Origin: Neophaeotheca triangularis
Lineage: Eukaryota
DNA: 55,761 nucleotides
Direction of reading: 5' to 3'
NCBI GenBank assembly: GCA_054600435.1
Contig: BAAIJX010000086.1
Coordinates: 1 to 55,761 of the forward strand
Part shown: piece after piece, positions 51,242 through 55,761 of the stretch
How positions within the stretch are numbered: the stretch's first letter is position 1
Layout: each line of letters opens with the position of its first letter
Notes under the pieces: model-generated
The model's input: the letters and a program-made list of their open reading frames with translations, nothing else
The model's database searches: none
What the model was told of the DNA's origin: nothing
Made by a program: the position numbers and the translations under genes

Positions 51242-51378
51242 ATACTTACCTTGCCACGAGCTGGGCGCTCACGTATGCCTTCGCTCTGTGAAGACTTTCT
51301 GCATTGCACGTCGCGGTAAAGTCTTCGCATGAGTCTCCTTCGGGGGCCTCAGTGGTGGAATTTTTGATGGTTCACCAC
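51242..51378 (+). ncRNA. U1: U1 spliceosomal snRNA
   Basis: 5' ATACTTACCT splice-site-pairing end; helix H TTGCCAC/GTGGTGG; stem-loop I; stem-loop II TGTGAAGACTTT/AAAGTCTTCGCA with U1A loop ATTGCAC; stem-loop III with C(TTCG)G; Sm site AATTTTTG at 51359-51366; short terminal hairpin TGGTTCACCA. The 3' end is approximate. Confidence 0.93.
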
Positions 51379-51954
51379 AACACACTTTTCATCAGTCTGC
51401 TCTGGCTATTATCGCCGGGGCCTGGAGAAGGGTAGTCGCTAGTTCTTTTCGTGGGAGTGTTGCGCTCTAGAAGGAGAAACTGTGCCATCTTTGTTCACGG
51501 CTTTCTACGTTTACATATCTCATATCTAGGTACCTAGCAAGATACATCTGACGGCAGTGGTTGTAAGCTTGTTGCTCGAATACAGACGCAACGGCTGCTG
51601 GGCCGGCGAAGGAGTGTGGAGTGTGAACACGCTCGACACGATACGAGACCTTATCGGCGTCTCTCGACCAGAAATTCTTCCGATTGTAATTCTGTGCCTG
51701 CTATCGGTGCCCATGCGAATATGTCTATAGATTGATTGAGACAACGACAATTGTCGAGAACTACTAGTAGAGTCTTGACTTGATATCTCCCAGGCGCAAG
51801 GTGCCTGTCTCGCACGTGACTGATTTCTGCCAAGACCTCCGCTCCCGATCCGCTCCTTGCATCTCGCAACGGAAGACGAGCGCAACAGCATCCACCAGCC
51901 AAACCGCCGTACCAAACCAATCTACCCTTTTCAAAACACCTTTCAACAAACACA

Positions 51955-52327
51955 ATGGCATTCGCGTGGAAGGCCGCAGGCATCACGTACGACACGATCC
52001 CCCCGCCCGAGCCAGAGGAATTGCAGCACTAACCTTCCGGCTTCCTAGCTACAACCGCTACCTCGCCGTTTCGGCGCGTGTCGTGCGCCGCTCGCTCAAG
52101 GAGGACAAGAGATTGCAGGCCGAGAGGAGAGGAGAGATGGACTTGAAGTTCGCAAAGTGGGAGGTTCGTACATGCACTTCCGGCCCGGGGGAAGTTGGGG
52201 AAGGTGATTATAGAGGCGGATACTGACTTGGGACGTACAACAGAACGGCAAGCAGGGCGAGGTTAAGAACCTTGCGAGTGCGAACGAGGCAGCCATGGCG
52301 GAGAACGCTGGACAGCAGAGCCAGTAG
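51955..52327 (+). CDS. ATP15: Mitochondrial F1 ATP synthase epsilon subunit; exons 51955-51986, 52049-52163, 52244-52327
   Basis: Spliced product MAFAWKAAGITYNRYLAVSARVVRRSLKEDKRLQAERRGEMDLKFAKWENGKQGEVKNL... Confidence 0.94.
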
Positions 52328-52646
52328 AGGATTGTTTGAGGTGGGCGGAGGAAGAAGAAGGCTCGGGGAAGCGAGGGTTGCGGAAGGATAGCACTATGCG
52401 GTCGCATCCCATATTCAGAGCGTGCTAATGCTGCTGCTCTCAAATGCAAGACTGGAAGAACTGGGCTGTCATCTGTATCAATTTGTACATAGACCGCAAG
52501 CACCTGCTCGAACGGAGTGCCAAGCTTTTCCGGAGCTTTGCACCCCAGATTGTTGAAGCTGACAGGCACATCTTTTGACGTCCTCTATCAACTTGAAAAC
52601 ATGGCAGGGTTAACAAACGCCACTCTCTCGTTCGTGAAGTCCGGTG

Positions 52647-55046
52647 ATGGACGATGCTGGTGATGCCAGAGGCAAGCACATGTTCTCATGAGATGTCGAG
52701 TCCCTGTGGGCTAACCGCAGCAGAAGCTGCGACCTCTGCGCCCCAAGAAGATGGCCAGGATGCAGTCTTTCAGCAGGCTGCAGCCAGGATTGCCCAAGAG
52801 GCTCAACAGCAGCCATTCTCCTACGGCAAAAGGAAAACTACAGATATAACAACGCAGTTCACGGCAGCTTCCAAAGGTGCGTAGCTTTCTAAATTCATGA
52901 AGGAGAGTCGTCACCGCTCACATGTCTTCCAGAGCTGCCATCCGGCCAACTAGTCAAAGATGAATACTTCACCCTATTCGAGGCCGTCGGGGCACTCGAG
53001 GTAAGTTTGTCAGCGGTTTTTGGGTGTTTACGTATGCTAAGTATTCTCGATCAGATCATGGACTCAAAAATGGACAGCGGCTTCATCGAGCCAGGCGACA
53101 CTATTGAGCCGACGTTCGATGTGTGTGCACCTATTACCGCCGAGCAAGCGACCTGGATCTTGGACGAGCTTTTATGCCTGGAGGCTGCCTGGCACGATGG
53201 ATATCCACTCTCCCAAACGCTCTTCACTTCACTGCACATGGATCGCCTGCTTTCTCCGGACAATTGGTACCCTTACGATTTCAATCTGATCGGAGAGGAT
53301 GGCGAAGGCTTCACAGAATCCGAAAAAGTGGTGCAAGGCACGTTGCGTACCTATTGCCTCGCTACGATCAAATGTTGTGAGATTGCCATGCAAACCATCC
53401 AGTCCCAACACTACTATGAGGAAGAGGATTTTGTAACGCACCTGTTTGGTAGAGAGCTCATTCCAGGCATTGGCGAAGACGAAGTCGTTGGCTTGCTGGA
53501 GGATGCTCTTCTCAAGCTGAGTGAGCGTACCATTTCGAGCGATCTACTGCTCCGTCTCGAATGGCGAAGGGACTACCTGCTATCGTTGCAAGGCCAAGCG
53601 GTTGCGTGGCTTAGTCTTGGACGTGGCATGGATGAGTTGACGAAGAGTCGAAGCACCTCGACTCCAACTCCGACTGCGTTCAGTGACAAGGTTCAACGGG
53701 AGCTAGCAACAAGCACGCCCCCGAGGCCTATGCTTCGGACATCATGGGACAATGCTTGCAAGCAATGGAAGAAGCTATTCGCGGACGTGCAGAGTGCATA
53801 CGAGCTCACCCAACCGTGGACACGACAGAACCCGGCATGTTTGCAGAGAGCTACCTGGGCGTTTTCAGCGCGACAGGGTGGTACTTTCGCCCGGTCTGTG
53901 ATGCAAGGCCTGCTTTTCAACGAAGGCAAAGTGCTCGATGTTGGCCACTACGATTTGCTTCTGAGCGATTTGCGGGATCTTGTTCTCGCTGGCGATTCCC
54001 TGAGCGATCCGGAATCCTATCAGGTCGAGGTCACGTCTGATGCACGGCATAAATCGTCACGTATCATGGAGATGTTCTTGGACAAGGCCATCGAGGAGTA
54101 CATGAACCTTTACCGAATGGTTTGTCAAAACAGATGCAGAATACGGCGCACTTTCACTCAATCGGTTCCCTTATTGTACGGTCTGCAAGAAGAGGCGACA
54201 AAGCATGATGAGATGCTCAACGAAGTCCAAGCCTACAAACAGCTCAAGACTAGTTCCGGATCTCTTGTTCCTTTCTCGCCGCTTACCTGGTGGACTAAAC
54301 ATCACAGACTGCAAGTGATGTCTTGGGTTCTCCAACTAGGTATTGAAACCGACATCTACCTCCCGGATGAGCTGGCTGGTATCTACTGGCACCTGAGTCT
54401 GCTTACCCAACACCGACTCGTACTATACTCGGACATGGAGCTCTTTCTCCTCGACCGCATGCGCACCATCAACAAGACGAATAACACGCAGTATGCGGCT
54501 GATTCAATCAACTCGCAAGACTATCTACACTCTTTGCGAGCCTCTGCACAAGCCACGCTCGCTCTAGCGACAGCTCTCTGGAAACTTTACAGACTGCTCA
54601 TGTCACTCGGAACGATGCCCGTACCAAAACGTTCGTACGCTTCGGCGCACCTCCTCCACGAAGCGCGCATGAAATCTTTCCTCTGCATCCCGGAACCTCG
54701 GACGCCTTCACACGTGGAAGTGTCAGAAGCCGTAGCTTGCCCTGATGTTGCAGCGGACATTGAAGCGATTGACCAAGAGGTCAAAGCCGCAAAGACGCAC
54801 TTGGCGACTCTCAAGCAGAAAACAGCCCACGAGGCCAAGTACGTGGGAACGGAGGATTCGTTCAAGCGGGAAGTTAAGCAGCTTGAGACTACGGCTGTGG
54901 CGGTTGCCGTGGCTCTCTCGCAGGTGAAGAGGACCAGGGATAAGGCTGAGGGCGGGGATGAAAGGATGGCATTGGTTGTGAGCGTGCCGTTGGTGAGCAA
55001 AAGGTATCATGCTTGGTGGGCTGTGCCGCAGGTCCAAGAGAAGTGA
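52647..55046 (+). CDS. MAK10: NatC auxiliary subunit Mak10/Naa35; introns 52877-52932, 53001-53054 and probably 52672-52720 (GC-AG)
   Basis: DITTQFTAASK/ELPSGQLVKDEYFTLFEAVGALE/IMDSKMDSG, AWHDGYPLSQTLFTSL, YYEEEDF, CQNRCRIRR. The start is either ATG 52647 (spliced) or ATG 52654 (unspliced). Confidence 0.9.
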
Positions 55047-55645
55047 GGGTAGTTGACTGTCATGTTACTTGGCCCATACAGTAGTAGGAGGTTTCAACCT
55101 CTTTCGCAGGCTTGTAACTATCCCGAGTACAATACATACTACAGCTTTAAGAGCTTACGAAACAGCAATAGGCGAGCCAAGAATATGGATGTCATGATTG
55201 GTATCACTCCACGACATGTGAAGGCCTGAAAGCACGACAGACTGTGACAGACCCTCCGCTTCCCCACGACGGGATGGCTTTTTCAGCCTTTGATCACTAC
55301 CGGTTACCAATAATGACCCTCCTCCACACATGCCAACGTTGCGATTCTGCTGCTGGGACGGGCACTACCCCTTAGCCCAACAATGACAGCTAGGTAGCCC
55401 GATAATGACAGCCGCAAACATGCACCTCCTCCTCATCTCTTTCTACCGCGGCTGGAAAGCCGTGTCGAACACACGTGCAGCTCGAGTGCGACTTGCATCT
55501 TTCTCGCATACATGTGCAGCCATGCTTCACGGACGGTCAACATGTGTGCGCTCGCATATCGTTGATATCAGCCCGTGAAGAGCCAATGAATGACGCCGTC
55601 TGCAGCACTGGATCGAATGGTTCGCTCCAGGGGCTTGGAGAGAGA

Positions 55646-55667
55646 GGGGGGGGGGGGGGGGGGGGGG
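55646..55667. repeat. poly-G homopolymer (22 nt) followed by a poly-A run near window end
   Basis: Direct read. Confidence 0.9.
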
Positions 55668-55761
55668 AACAAAAAAAAAAAACCAACGGTAACGGTGGGG
55701 CACCAAACTTAGTTGTTGTAACAAAAAATTTTAACAACCCACACAGACATTATTTTTTTGT

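Overview
Eukaryotic genomic DNA from a filamentous ascomycete: short GT-AG introns with CTAAC/CTGAC branch points, and a VeA sequence that looks Dothideomycete-like (inference). I read about 20 protein-coding genes, many split by introns so the ORF track shows only fragments. They encode an Na+/H+ antiporter, a YTP1-like membrane protein, a Zn2Cys6 TF, a USP deubiquitinase, a Ksp1-like kinase, Utr4, Trm9, VeA, a hidden 98-aa three-exon repeat protein, Rvb2, an orphan 229-aa protein, a BIRC6-like E2, a hotdog thioesterase, the cohesin loader Scc4, an Eht1-family hydrolase, Loc1, Vps68, Atp15 and Mak10. There is also a U1 snRNA gene at about 51242-51378. Two gene-poor intervals (about 20.4-26.9 kb and 32.5-39.5 kb) contain decayed coding relics. 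Most notable: (i) an uncharacterised gene family with one intact member (34860-35549) next to frameshifted, RIP-like mutated copies (37024-38274); (ii) a micro-protein with a 26-aa repeat identical in protein but synonymously diverged in DNA; (iii) a BIRC6-type E2 carrying three SIM-like motifs; (iv) a USP with a histone-H1-like N-terminus. No CRISPR array, tRNA, rRNA or recognisable intact transposon was seen. All family assignments come from motif recognition, not database searches.
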